From an uncultured Gammaproteobacteria bacterium (GTDB taxonomy: Bacteria > Patescibacteriota > Microgenomatia > Daviesbacterales > UBA10151), in the NCBI GenBank assembly GCA_964387865.1, contig CAYLXC010000002.1:18676-82675 (forward strand): a stretch of DNA of 64,000 nt. Reading direction: 5' to 3'. A model generated the notes under the pieces. The model saw only the letters and a list, made by a program, of their open reading frames with translations. It was not told where the DNA came from and did not search any database. This document shows positions 48,226 through 58,601 of the stretch, in pieces. The position numbers and the translations under genes were made by a program. How positions within the stretch are numbered: position 1 is the stretch's first letter; each line of letters opens with the position of its first letter.

Positions 48226-49485
48226 ATGTTTAATTCTATTTTTAAGACTGCAACCTTTCGACAATCTCAGATTACCATTTTTGGAACACTTATAAATGGC
48301 ACTTTAGGAGCACTTTTTTATATCCTGTTGGCACGCTTCTTAGGTCCTTCGGATTTTGGACTTATTACAATTGCCCTTACAACAATGGTTTTAATTGCGG
48401 ATATTGCGGATATTGGAACTAATACCGGTTTGGTCCGCTTTGTATCTTCAAATTTGGAAAGAAATAAAGAAAAAGCCTACAGGTTTTTAAAATTAAGTTT
48501 GGAAATTAAACTCATTGCTTGGGCAATATCTTTTTTGACCTTTTTTTTATTAGTGCCTTTTTTGGCAACGAACATCTTTCATAAGGAGCAGTTAATTTTT
48601 CCCTTAAGACTGGTTACTTTTGGAGTAGGAGGAGCGCTTCTTTTTACATTTGCAACATCCTCCCTGCAAGCTTATCAAAGATATTTTACCTGGAGCTTAA
48701 TAAATATCCTAACCAATTGCTTAAGACTCCTGTTAATATTAGCTTTAGGTTATTACACGATTCTTAATGTAGAAAACAGCCTATTTGTTTATATAGTTTT
48801 GCCCTTTTTCGGTTTTTTTGTGACGCTTTTTATTCTTCCTTCAGGAAAAATACTGCAGAGTAAAAATGAATTCAGTTTAGCTAAAGAACTTTTTAAATAT
48901 AATATCCCAGTTGCTATATTTACAATGATCGCTGCTTTTTCTGCAAGGTTGGATACTTATTTAATTGCCACTTTACTTTCTATCAGAGAGGTTGGAATAT
49001 ATGGAGCTGCAAATCAACTAGTACAGTTTATGCCACAACTTGTTTCTGCATTGGGTTTGGTTTCCTCACCAAAATTTGCATCTTTTGCAAATAACCGGCA
49101 AATGTTAATTTACTTTAGGAAATTCCAGTTTCTTGTTTCAGGACTTTGTGTACTAGGAATATTAACAATTCCTATCTCAGTTTATCTTATTCCGATACTT
49201 TTTGGCCCACAATATCAGGAGGCAGTTGTACCGTTTATCTTTTTATTTCTTGGGATGCTTATTTTCCTTTTCTCCATACCGGTACATCACAGTGTGATTT
49301 TTTATTTTGGCAGGCCTGATGTTTTTATATGGGTGTCCATAGGTCACTTATTAATAATCGGAGGATTAGGATATTTTATGATTTCCAGTTTTGGACTAGT
49401 TGGTGCATCAACAACAGTTTTAGTTGGAACAGTTTTTAACTTCCTAATTCCTTTTGGCTGGTTATTATATAAGTTAAGGAAATAA
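48226..49485 (+). CDS. wzx: Oligosaccharide flippase (Wzx/RfbX, MOP superfamily)
   Basis: LARFLGPSDFG, DIGTNTGLVRF, RLDTYLI...EVGIYGAA, about 12 TMs. Confidence 0.88.
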   Translation: MFNSIFKTATFRQSQITIFGTLINGTLGALFYILLARFLGPSDFGLITIALTTMVLIADIADIGTNTGLVRFVSSNLERNKEKAYRFLKLSLEIKLIAWAISFLTFFLLVPFLATNIFHKEQLIFPLRLVTFGVGGALLFTFATSSLQAYQRYFTWSLINILTNCLRLLLILALGYYTILNVENSLFVYIVLPFFGFFVTLFILPSGKILQSKNEFSLAKELFKYNIPVAIFTMIAAFSARLDTYLIATLLSIREVGIYGAANQLVQFMPQLVSALGLVSSPKFASFANNRQMLIYFRKFQFLVSGLCVLGILTIPISVYLIPILFGPQYQEAVVPFIFLFLGMLIFLFSIPVHHSVIFYFGRPDVFIWVSIGHLLIIGGLGYFMISSFGLVGASTTVLVGTVFNFLIPFGWLLYKLRK

Positions 49486-49493
49486 TATTTTCC

Positions 49494-50297
49494 ATGAAAA
49501 AAACAATCTGGGTAAATACTATAGTTAATAATGAAGAAAATTTTATCTATTTTGCAATTATGAGTATTGTGAATCATGTAGATAAAGTTTTAGTTTGGGA
49601 CAGCGGATCTGAAGACAAAACTGTAGAAGTAATAAAAGAGATTGAAAAAATTAAGGGTGAGAAAATTTTATTTAAAGAGGTGGGGAAAGTAAATGAGATT
49701 GAATTTACAAAGATGAGACAGAAAATGCTTAACGAATCCGATAGTGACTGGATTTTAATTTTGGATGGTGATGAAATCTGGTGGGAGGAATCAATAAAAA
49801 GGTTGAGAAAGACCATAGATAATAAGGGTGATCGGATTGACGGTATTTATGTGCCTATGATTTTGCCGGTAGGGGATATATATCATATCCAAGAAGAAAA
49901 AGCAGGTAAGTATCAAATTCATGGAAAGATTGGAAACATAAGTTTAAAAGCAATAAATAAGAAAATTCCTGGATTACATGTTGAATCACCATATGGAAAG
50001 GAGGGGTATATTGATGAAAATAATATTCCAGTTCAAGAAAGAGAAAATCTACTTTTTTTGGATGCACCCCTTTTACATATGACTCATTTAAAAAGATCAA
50101 GTGTAAGAAGACGGTTTGAAAAATTTAAGATTGAGTTAGGAAAGGAAGTACCCAAAAATTTTGCATTTCCTGAAGTTTTTTACAGAAAATATCCTTCCAT
50201 AATCCCCTCCCCTTGGAAGAGATTACAGGGTGTTGAACTATTTAAAGCAAAACTATTAACACCAATAAGAAAGCTTAAAAGGAGTTTATATGGGTAA
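49494..50297 (+). CDS. Glycosyltransferase family 2
   Basis: IVNNEE, VWDSGSEDKT, WILILDGDE. Confidence 0.85.
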   Translation: MKKTIWVNTIVNNEENFIYFAIMSIVNHVDKVLVWDSGSEDKTVEVIKEIEKIKGEKILFKEVGKVNEIEFTKMRQKMLNESDSDWILILDGDEIWWEESIKRLRKTIDNKGDRIDGIYVPMILPVGDIYHIQEEKAGKYQIHGKIGNISLKAINKKIPGLHVESPYGKEGYIDENNIPVQERENLLFLDAPLLHMTHLKRSSVRRRFEKFKIELGKEVPKNFAFPEVFYRKYPSIIPSPWKRLQGVELFKAKLLTPIRKLKRSLYG

Positions 50298-50985
50298 ATT
50301 TTCAGGATTTGAAACTTTGGAATCTATGAGTCAAGCAGTCTGGTATAACAAGTGGACTGTTAAAAAATTTGCACCATTTTTAAATGGAGATATTCTTGAA
50401 GTAGGTTGTGGTATCGGCAATTTCACAAATGCTCTCACAAAATTCGGAAATGTTTGGGCTATAGATGTAAAGAAGAATTATATTAAACAAACAAAAAAAA
50501 TAATTCTAGATAGTACAGAGGTAGGATTTGGAGATATTGAGAATGGTAAATACTTTTTTGATAAAAGAGCTTTCGATTGTATAGTTTGCTTAAATGTTTT
50601 AGAGCACATAAATTATGATACCAAAGCTTTAGTCAATATGTACAAGCTTTTAGCCACTAGTGGTGTTCTTATTATACTTGTTCCTTCTCATAACTTTTTA
50701 TTTGGTGAGATTGATAAATCAATTGGACACATCAGGCGTTATGAAAAAGATAGCCTTTTGAAAATACTTGAAAGCATTGGTTTTAAGATAAAATTTGTTC
50801 GAATTCTAAATTTTTTGGGTGCAATTGGCTGGTATGTTTGGGGTAAAATACTAAAGGATAAAAAAATAGATTTAGTTAGTATAAATTTATTTAACTTAGT
50901 AGCACCATTCATACTAAGTATGGAAAACTTAATTGAACCTCCAGTTGGCACATCTATTTTAATTATTGCAGAAAAAATTAAATGA
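50290..50985 (+). CDS. Class I SAM-dependent methyltransferase
   Basis: ILEVGCGIG, FDCIVCLNVLEH, LVPSH...DKSIGHIRRY. Confidence 0.88.
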   Translation: MGKFSGFETLESMSQAVWYNKWTVKKFAPFLNGDILEVGCGIGNFTNALTKFGNVWAIDVKKNYIKQTKKIILDSTEVGFGDIENGKYFFDKRAFDCIVCLNVLEHINYDTKALVNMYKLLATSGVLIILVPSHNFLFGEIDKSIGHIRRYEKDSLLKILESIGFKIKFVRILNFLGAIGWYVWGKILKDKKIDLVSINLFNLVAPFILSMENLIEPPVGTSILIIAEKIK

Positions 50986-51692
50986 AATTATCAATAATTA
51001 TCCCTCTTTACAATGAGGAAAAAACGATCAATAAGCTTTTATCAAAAGTTGTCCTTGCAAAGGTCCCGAAATCAATTAAAAAAGAGATTATTGTTATAAA
51101 TGATGGGTCAATTGATAATTCAAAGTTAAAAATTAAAAGTTTAAAGTTAAGAGGAGCAAAAAAAATTTATCATGAAAATAATTTGGGGAAAGGTGCTGCA
51201 ATAAGAAGTGGACTTAGGATTGCAAAGGGTGATTATGTAATTATTCAGGATGCTGATCTGGAATATGATCCAAACGATTATTCAAAATTATTATGGCCCA
51301 TCATACATAATAAGGCACTTGTTGTATACGGAACAAGACTCATCAATTATCCATTGAGGTTTTGGGGCAAGGACAAAACCGTATTGCCCTCACATCTTTT
51401 GGCAAATAAATTCTTGACTTTTTTGACTAATTTATTATATGGATCAGAATTAACAGATATGGAAACAGGTTACAAATTAATTGATGCAAATATTTTAAAA
51501 AAAATTAAATTTAAATCAAATAGATTTGATTTTGAGCCGGAAATTACTGCAAAGATTTTAAAATTAAAAATCCCAATTGTTGAGGTACCAATTGATGTTA
51601 AACCAAGGACTTATAAAGAGGGTAAAAAAATTAGTTGGAAAGATGGACTAATTGCAATTTGGACACTTATAAAATATAGAATTGTTGATTAA
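50982..51692 (+). CDS. GT2, polyprenol-phosphate glycosyltransferase (DPM1-like)
   Basis: LSIIIPLYNEE, GKGAAI, IIQDADLEYDP, TDMETGYK, FEPEITAK, EGKKISWKDG. Confidence 0.9.
   Translation: MKLSIIIPLYNEEKTINKLLSKVVLAKVPKSIKKEIIVINDGSIDNSKLKIKSLKLRGAKKIYHENNLGKGAAIRSGLRIAKGDYVIIQDADLEYDPNDYSKLLWPIIHNKALVVYGTRLINYPLRFWGKDKTVLPSHLLANKFLTFLTNLLYGSELTDMETGYKLIDANILKKIKFKSNRFDFEPEITAKILKLKIPIVEVPIDVKPRTYKEGKKISWKDGLIAIWTLIKYRIVD
51117..51151 (+). repeat. Degenerate 7-nt tandem repeat x5 inside a CDS
   Basis: aattcaa agttaaa aattaaa agtttaa agttaag (encodes NSKLKIKSLKL). Confidence 0.55.
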
Positions 51693-51731
51693 ATTTAAAT
51701 TATTAGAATAATCGAAGTAAAATACGATAAG

Positions 51732-52679
51732 ATGAAGCTGTTATTTTTAAGTAGGTACCAAAATAATGTAGGAAGAGGAGCTGAAAATTTTGTTGAAGAG
51801 TTATCTAAAAGATTATCATACCATCATTCAATTGACATTTTTAGTGGGGAAGATGCAGATTATTTTAAAAAAGTAATATATGGAAATTATGATATTGTTA
51901 TTCCAATAAATGGAAGATCGCAAAGTTTAAAGGCATCTTTAGGAAGGATAATAGGAAGATATAAAATATTAATAACTGGACACAGTGGTATAGGATGGGA
52001 TGATATTCTAAATGTTTTGGTAAGACCGGATGTATTTGTTGCCCTTACTGATGGGCAAAAAAAATGGGCTAAGAATTGGGCATGGGGTAGTAAGATTATA
52101 AAAATCCCAAACGGTATAGATTTAGATAAATTTTCACCACATGGAAAAAAAATAAATATTGATTTACCAAGACCCATTATTTTATCTGTTGGTGCACTAG
52201 CTTGGTATAAATATCATGATAGGGTAATTGAGGCAATATCCAAACTAGGAAGAGGATCTGTATTAATTGTAGGGGACGGTCCTTTGAAAGAAAAACTCAT
52301 TAGAGCGGGTAAAAGCTTATTAGGAAGTAGGTTTAAAATAGCCTCATTTCAGTATGAAGATATGCCGAATATCTATCGCTGCGCTGATTTATTTACACTA
52401 CCTTCTTGGGATAGGGAGGCGTTTGGGATTGTGTATCTTGAGGCTATGGCTTCAGGATTACCAGTAGTTGCTCCTGATGATTTATCAAGAAGGGAAATTA
52501 TTAATGGAGCTGGAATATTAACAGATGTTTCAAAATCACAAGAGTATGCAAAGGCTTTAAATGATTGCTTGGAAAAAGATTGGAAAGATATTCCAAGAAA
52601 ACAAGCTGAAAAATTTTCCTGGGAGAAAGTATCTCAAATGTATGAAGAGGCAATGTTAAATATGTTAAAAGTAAAATAA
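51732..52679 (+). CDS. Glycosyltransferase family 4
   Basis: IPNGID, VGDGP, EAFGIVYLEAMASGLPVV, FSWE. Confidence 0.9.
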   Translation: MKLLFLSRYQNNVGRGAENFVEELSKRLSYHHSIDIFSGEDADYFKKVIYGNYDIVIPINGRSQSLKASLGRIIGRYKILITGHSGIGWDDILNVLVRPDVFVALTDGQKKWAKNWAWGSKIIKIPNGIDLDKFSPHGKKINIDLPRPIILSVGALAWYKYHDRVIEAISKLGRGSVLIVGDGPLKEKLIRAGKSLLGSRFKIASFQYEDMPNIYRCADLFTLPSWDREAFGIVYLEAMASGLPVVAPDDLSRREIINGAGILTDVSKSQEYAKALNDCLEKDWKDIPRKQAEKFSWEKVSQMYEEAMLNMLKVK

Positions 52680-54055
52680 TGATTCAAAAATTACTAATAT
52701 CCCTCGTCTTATTTATTTTATCTATAATATTAATTGGTCAAAATCTCAGTAAACCTTTTTGGGGTGAACATGATTGGAATGGGGTAAGATATGGAAATAT
52801 TGCAAGAAATTATTTAAGGTATGGAATTTTAGATTTGCAATTTGCTCAAATTGAAAATTCAGGAACTTTAAATAACAAAAAGGAATACTTTACCCATTAC
52901 CCTCCCCTGTTGCCAATTATAATCTCACTTTCATATAAAATGTTTGGAATATCTGAGTGGTCTACAAGAATTGTTCCACTTTTTGCAACCTCTGGAAGCA
53001 TTGTTCTTATTTTTTTAATTGGTAATAAATTGTGGAATATAAAAACAGGAATTCTTGCAAGTCTACTTGCCTTATGTTTACCTATAATTCTTTATTTTGG
53101 AAAAAATCCTGTTCATGAACCAATTGTTTTATTTTTTATACTTTTGTCATTTCTTGCCTACCTGTACTTAAAATCATCGAATAACAAGATCTTTAAAATA
53201 TGGTTTATACTAGCCTTGATTGCTGCTCATTTTACAACATGGGCTGGGTATTTTTTATTGCCGGCTATAGCGCTTATAACACTAATTAGGAGAGATAAGA
53301 TTTTATTTAAAAGACTTATTTCATACTGGTTAATTCCGGTAATTATGTTTCCCCTATATTTAATATTTTTATACTTCCAAACAGGAAGCTTGTTGGGAGG
53401 AGATTTGTTAGGTGTATTTTTACAACGAAGCAGCATTTCTAAGGAGTTACAGCCAATGGATTTTAATTTAATTAACTATTTAGGAAAACTTAGACTCTGG
53501 TTTTTTAGTTTGTTTTCAGGCACGTTAGCTTTTATTGTATTTTTTTGGTTTATATATCACATAATAAAGAGATTTGGTAAGGCAGATTTACAATTACTAA
53601 CTTTACTCTTTTTTGGGATACCATATTTTGTATTTTTTCCAAACGCTGCTTTCATACATAATTATTTAGTATTTTATTTTGTGCCTTTTTTTGTTTTGGC
53701 AGTATCTCAAGCGATATGGAATCTAGCAGAAATTAAACCTCTAAAAAGATTAAGTTTTTTAGTTCCAATAATATTTCTTGTCCCTATCTTTTTTGAAAGA
53801 AAACCATTTCTTGACGTTTTATACAAAAGTCAAGGTGATAAATTTGAAGTGGAGGTAGGATGGGCTATCAATCAACAGACTAATTTGGATGATGTTATTT
53901 TGATATCTCCTTTTAAATTCTCATATTCGGCTGATAAGTTCTTAAGATTCTATTCAGATAGAAAGTTAATATATTCTGATTATGATGATATGGAACATAA
54001 TGTTAGAGTTTTAGTTGATACAGATAATCAAAAATTTGAGATAATTAAAAAATGA
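52679..54055 (+). CDS. ArnT/PMT_2-like GT-C membrane glycosyltransferase
   Basis: EHDWNG..YG.IARN, YFTHYPPL, FGISEWSTR, many TMs. Confidence 0.8.
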   Translation: MIQKLLISLVLFILSIILIGQNLSKPFWGEHDWNGVRYGNIARNYLRYGILDLQFAQIENSGTLNNKKEYFTHYPPLLPIIISLSYKMFGISEWSTRIVPLFATSGSIVLIFLIGNKLWNIKTGILASLLALCLPIILYFGKNPVHEPIVLFFILLSFLAYLYLKSSNNKIFKIWFILALIAAHFTTWAGYFLLPAIALITLIRRDKILFKRLISYWLIPVIMFPLYLIFLYFQTGSLLGGDLLGVFLQRSSISKELQPMDFNLINYLGKLRLWFFSLFSGTLAFIVFFWFIYHIIKRFGKADLQLLTLLFFGIPYFVFFPNAAFIHNYLVFYFVPFFVLAVSQAIWNLAEIKPLKRLSFLVPIIFLVPIFFERKPFLDVLYKSQGDKFEVEVGWAINQQTNLDDVILISPFKFSYSADKFLRFYSDRKLIYSDYDDMEHNVRVLVDTDNQKFEIIKK

Positions 54056-54804
54056 TTTCTACAGTTTATATTTCCTATAATGATGCACAAAAAATTAAAA
54101 ATAGTTTGGAAAGTGTAAAAAACTTTGCAGACGAAATTGTTATTTTGGACCTTGGATCCACTGATAATTCAAAGGAAATTGGTGAAAACTTCAAGGCAAA
54201 AATTTTTTATCATGATTATGTTTCTTATGTCGAATTAGTAAGAAACTATGCAAATGATTTGGCAAAGGGAGATTGGATTTTAGTTTTGGATCCTGATGAA
54301 GAAATATCTGAGAAATTGAAAAACAAATTAAAGGAAATTAGGAAGCAAAATAAATATGACGCGGTAAATATTCCAAGAAAAAATATTTTTTTTAATAAGT
54401 GGATTTCTCATACAAACTGGTGGCCGGATAGACATGTAAGGTTTTTTAAAAAAGAAAAAGTAAAATGGTCTGATAAAATCCATAAATACCCGAAGGTTAT
54501 TGGGAAAATTCTAAATTTGAATGCAAATGAGGAGTTGGCAATAATTCACCATGGTTATAAATCCATAGGTGAGTTTTTAGACAGGCAAAATAGATACGCA
54601 TCATCAAAGGCGGATAATTTATATGAGGAAGGGGCAAGATTTTCATATGGTCTGCTTATTTGGAATCCCGTAAGGGAGTTTTTGATACGGTTTATTAAAC
54701 ATAAAGGATTTCTGGACGGAATTTATGGATTCAGTCTTACACTTTTAATGATGATCTATCAGATGGAAGTTATGATTAAACTTTGGGAGAAGGAGAAAAA
54801 GTGA
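54052..54804 (+). CDS. Glycosyltransferase family 2 (WaaE/KdtX-like beta-1,4-glucosyltransferase group)
   Basis: DEIVILDLGSTD, DWILVLDPDE, WWPDRHVRFF, KGFLDGIYG. Confidence 0.85.
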   Translation: MISTVYISYNDAQKIKNSLESVKNFADEIVILDLGSTDNSKEIGENFKAKIFYHDYVSYVELVRNYANDLAKGDWILVLDPDEEISEKLKNKLKEIRKQNKYDAVNIPRKNIFFNKWISHTNWWPDRHVRFFKKEKVKWSDKIHKYPKVIGKILNLNANEELAIIHHGYKSIGEFLDRQNRYASSKADNLYEEGARFSYGLLIWNPVREFLIRFIKHKGFLDGIYGFSLTLLMMIYQMEVMIKLWEKEKK

Positions 54805-56222
54805 TGATATGGATAATTTTGGTCTTGTCATTAACTTTGAGACTAATCAGTCTAAATCAGAGTCTTTGGCTTGATGAAGCAATTAATGTATTGGCTACCC
54901 AAAATTTTTCTCTTTTAGGAATGGTTACTGAGTATGCAAAAGCTGATTTTCATCCACCCCTCTATTTTATAATACTTTGGATTTGGACAAAAATGTTTGG
55001 AATCAGTGAATTTGCAGTGAGAATTCCCTCAGTAATTTTTGGCGTACTAACAATTTATTTAGTTTTTTTAATAGGCCAAAAATTACATTCTAAAACTTTA
55101 GGATTATTTTCCGCATTTCTCTTGGCAATAAATCCACTGCATATTTATTATTCTCAAGAAGCCAGAATGTATTCTTTGGCTGCGTTTGCAGTGTCCACTA
55201 ATGTCTTCTATCTAACAAAACTTATTCAGGGTGAAAAGCCAAGGTTTATTTTATTAATAATAAGCAATTTTTTAGTACTGACTTCAGATTACCTTGCATA
55301 TTTTATTTTTCCTGCCCAGCTAATTTTTTTGTTTATCCAAAGGAATAGAGAAACTATTAAAAAATGGCTTCTTGCATTAGGAGTTTCTGTGTTATTTAGT
55401 ATTTGGTGGTTGCCAATGTTATTAGCACAGCTAGATGTTGGAGCAGTTGCTGCAGAAAGACTTCCAGCATGGAAATTTATTGTGGGTGGTTTTGATTTAA
55501 GGGGAATTCCTCTAACTTTTGTAAAATTTATTATTGGGAGAATAAGTTATCCTGATAAGATAGTTTATGCAGTAACTTTATTACCTGTTTGCTTTTTATT
55601 TCTATACCTTATCTTTAGGGGGATAAGATTTATCGGAAGTATTGGAAAAAAATTACTCCTCTTATGGTTTGGAGTTCCCATTATTTTAGGAACTTTCATT
55701 TCACTTTTTATTCCCATTTACAGTTACTTTAGAATGCTTTTTACTCTTCCGAGTTTTATATTTTTAATTGCATTAGGTATTATTTCTTTTAAATCCCAAT
55801 TAAGATACGCTTTTTTACTTGCGGTCCTGTTAGTTGAGCTTTTTTCCACTTCCATATATTTATCAAATTCATCCTATCAAAGGGATGATTGGAGGGGACT
55901 TGTGAATCACTTGAAAATGACAGATAATAATTCATTAATTTTGTTTGAAAGCTCAGGAACACTACCTCCATTTGATTATTATGCCAAAGGAAGTTTAAAC
56001 GCAATAGGTGCTTTGAAGGATTTTCCAGCAATTAATAACAGTGATTTGGTTGATTTGGAAAGCATTTCAAAAAAACAAAAAGATATATATCTGATTGAGT
56101 TTTTGGTAGATATATCGGATCCAAATAGATTAGTTAATAAAAAGCTAGTTAGTTTGGGGTATAAACAAATTGAGATATTAAATTTTGTGGGTGTAGGATT
56201 TGTTTATCATTATGTTAAGTAA
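54804..56222 (+). CDS. PMT_2/GT39-like membrane glycosyltransferase
   Basis: SLWLDEA, DFHPPLY, SEFAVRIPS, YYSQEARMYSL, RDDWR. Confidence 0.85.
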   Translation: MIWIILVLSLTLRLISLNQSLWLDEAINVLATQNFSLLGMVTEYAKADFHPPLYFIILWIWTKMFGISEFAVRIPSVIFGVLTIYLVFLIGQKLHSKTLGLFSAFLLAINPLHIYYSQEARMYSLAAFAVSTNVFYLTKLIQGEKPRFILLIISNFLVLTSDYLAYFIFPAQLIFLFIQRNRETIKKWLLALGVSVLFSIWWLPMLLAQLDVGAVAAERLPAWKFIVGGFDLRGIPLTFVKFIIGRISYPDKIVYAVTLLPVCFLFLYLIFRGIRFIGSIGKKLLLLWFGVPIILGTFISLFIPIYSYFRMLFTLPSFIFLIALGIISFKSQLRYAFLLAVLLVELFSTSIYLSNSSYQRDDWRGLVNHLKMTDNNSLILFESSGTLPPFDYYAKGSLNAIGALKDFPAINNSDLVDLESISKKQKDIYLIEFLVDISDPNRLVNKKLVSLGYKQIEILNFVGVGFVYHYVK

Positions 56223-57567
56223 ACTAACAATTATTTTACTTGGGATAATCATTTTTGCTCATAGTCTAATTTTAACTAAACTATTTTTTTTTCCGTATCC
56301 GGAACTTTTTGTTTATCCTTATTTAACAAACCATGGATTAAAACCATATTATGAGATTTTAGATCAGCATTTTCCAGGACTGATGTTTTTTCCAATTAAT
56401 TTGGACAATCTGGGGATGAATACAGCAGAAGATGCGAGAATTTTGTTAATTGCATTAGTAATACTTACCCATGTTCTGCTTTTCTTAATAGGCAAAAAAG
56501 TTTTCAAAAGCGAAGGGAAGGCATTGCTCGTAAATTTTTTATATCTCGTTTGGCAACCGTTTTTTGAAGGATGGGTTTTTTGGATAGATAATTTTCTGCC
56601 GTTACTATTGCTCCCAGCATTCTATACCCTTTTAAAAAGAAAGATTTTTTTAGCAGGAATACTCATGGGTTGTGCAATTGTTTTTAAACAGGTATTGATA
56701 CCTCTTGCTTTGATAATTTCCATCTACTTATGGTGGGAAAGTAAAAAAATTAAGGTTATTATTAATTATATTTCAGGTTTATTTATTCCAATTTTACTGA
56801 TGGTTATTTATTTAATAAGTATTGGAGTTTTTAATGATTTTATATATTGGGCAATTATTTTTAACCTTACAATTTATGCGAAGTTTGGAAGAGGTATGGT
56901 GCCTGATTTAGCCCATCTTTCGAGAGTTGTGTTAGTCTTTGGTACTGCTTTCATAATTTTAAGAAAAATAAAAGAAAGAATAACTCAGTTGCTAATAATT
57001 TTCTTAATAGGAAGCTTAATTGGACTTTCCACAAGGTTTGATTTTGTGCACTTTCAACCAGCCTTACCTTTTGCTATCTTTGCAACAGTATTTGGATTGG
57101 GGAAATTGGAGAAATGGGGGAGATTGGGGAAAATCTTAATAGCAAGCTATGTACTTATTGCAGTATGGTGGGTGAACATTTTTTATAGGGGGCACATAGG
57201 GGATAAAGTTTTCTTTTTTGATTCTCAAACTATAGAGATTGCAAATAAAATCAAAGAGTACACAAATATGGGTGATAAGATTTTTGTTCTTGGAGCTCCG
57301 CCAATTTTGTATCAGATGACTAAGACAATCCCTGCAGGAAATATTTTTGTTTTTCAATTCCCTTGGTTTTTAAAAGTGGTTGAAGATAGAATTTTGGAGG
57401 GAATTATTATGGATAAACCAGATATAGTGGTTTCAGATAGGACCGTGAAAATTGAGGATCAACCCATCACAGAATTTGCAAAAGAAATTGATAAATATAT
57501 TCAGGAAAATTATGAAGTTATAGATCGGGTCGGAATAACAACTATTTTACGCCGCAAAACTCATTAA
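56212..57567 (+). CDS. Polytopic membrane protein, probable GT-C glycosyltransferase
   Basis: PYYEILDQHFPG, FKQ, HFQPALP, multiple TMs and a C-terminal soluble domain typical of ArnT-like proteins. Confidence 0.68.
   Translation: MLSKLTIILLGIIIFAHSLILTKLFFFPYPELFVYPYLTNHGLKPYYEILDQHFPGLMFFPINLDNLGMNTAEDARILLIALVILTHVLLFLIGKKVFKSEGKALLVNFLYLVWQPFFEGWVFWIDNFLPLLLLPAFYTLLKRKIFLAGILMGCAIVFKQVLIPLALIISIYLWWESKKIKVIINYISGLFIPILLMVIYLISIGVFNDFIYWAIIFNLTIYAKFGRGMVPDLAHLSRVVLVFGTAFIILRKIKERITQLLIIFLIGSLIGLSTRFDFVHFQPALPFAIFATVFGLGKLEKWGRLGKILIASYVLIAVWWVNIFYRGHIGDKVFFFDSQTIEIANKIKEYTNMGDKIFVLGAPPILYQMTKTIPAGNIFVFQFPWFLKVVEDRILEGIIMDKPDIVVSDRTVKIEDQPITEFAKEIDKYIQENYEVIDRVGITTILRRKTH
57097..57132 (+). 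repeat. 9-nt tandem repeat x4, in frame
   Basis: ttggggaaa ttggagaaa tgggggaga ttggggaaa (LGK LEK WGR LGK). Confidence 0.6.
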
Positions 57568-57569
57568 TC

Positions 57570-57578
57570 TGCTACAAT
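57570..57578 (+). promoter_or_regulatory. Putative extended -10 (TGcTACAAT) 6 nt upstream of ATG 57585
   Basis: TGCTACAAT-tgattc-ATG. No Shine-Dalgarno. Confidence 0.5.
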
Positions 57579-57584
57579 TGATTC

Positions 57585-58601
57585 ATGCTACGAGTTGGGA
57601 TGGATATTTCGCAGATTGCTCACGGGGGTGGAGTGGCAACATATACCCGGAATTTATCTGAGAAGCTTTCCAAATTTAAAGATTTGGAAATGGTTTACTT
57701 TTATTCCTCTCTAAGAAAAGCTTATCATGGGCCTTTAAAAAATGTTAAAAAATACCGTCTTCCTCCAACTCTTTTTGAAATGCTATTTAACAGGTGGAGG
57801 AATGTTGGAATTGAAAAATTCCTAGGTCCTTTGGATGTTTTTCATTCTTCTGATTGGACTCAACCTCCTACAAAGGCAAAAAAAATTACAACCTATCATG
57901 ACGTTATTCCTCTAAAATACCCGCAGTGGTCTCATCCTAAAATAGTTTCTGTACACAGAAGACGATTAGCTATTGTTGAAAAAGAAGTTGACTTAATTAT
58001 TGCTGTTTCAGAATCTACAAAAAAGGATCTTATTGAAGTTTCAAACATTCCTGAAGGGAAAATTACGGTAATTTATGAGGGGCCAACAGGAGATTTTAAA
58101 CCTCAACCTAAAGAGAAATTGGATAAATTTAGGAAAAAATATAAATTACCCAAAAATTATGTGTTAGCAATAGGCGGAATAGGGGAGAGGAGGAATCTAA
58201 AAAGGATAAAAGAAGCTTCTAAAGATTATCATTTGGTGATTGCCGGACAAACAATCCCATGGCTTGAAATTGATGAATTAGAGCTACTTTTTAGTTCGGC
58301 TACTGTTTTACTTTACGCATCCCTCTATGAAGGATTTGGTTTACCAATTTTGGATTGTTTCGCATGCGGAGTACCGGTTATTACATCAAATATCTCATCT
58401 ATACCGGAGGTTGGTGGAGACGCTGCAATTTATGTTGACCCATTAAATGCAGAGGATATAAAAAGGAAACTAAAGCTTATAATGGAAAATAAAGAGATTA
58501 GAGAAGATTTAATTAAAAAAGGATTTGAGCAAGTTAAGAAATTTTCCTGGGAAAAGTGTGCTAGGGAGACAGCTGAAGTGTACCGGGAGGTAATAAGATG
58601 A
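57585..58601 (+). CDS. Glycosyltransferase family 4 (MtfB/WbaZ-like)
   Basis: GGVATY, TYHDVIP, AVSESTK, SLYEGFGLPILD, FSWEK. Confidence 0.9.
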   Translation: MLRVGMDISQIAHGGGVATYTRNLSEKLSKFKDLEMVYFYSSLRKAYHGPLKNVKKYRLPPTLFEMLFNRWRNVGIEKFLGPLDVFHSSDWTQPPTKAKKITTYHDVIPLKYPQWSHPKIVSVHRRRLAIVEKEVDLIIAVSESTKKDLIEVSNIPEGKITVIYEGPTGDFKPQPKEKLDKFRKKYKLPKNYVLAIGGIGERRNLKRIKEASKDYHLVIAGQTIPWLEIDELELLFSSATVLLYASLYEGFGLPILDCFACGVPVITSNISSIPEVGGDAAIYVDPLNAEDIKRKLKLIMENKEIREDLIKKGFEQVKKFSWEKCARETAEVYREVIR

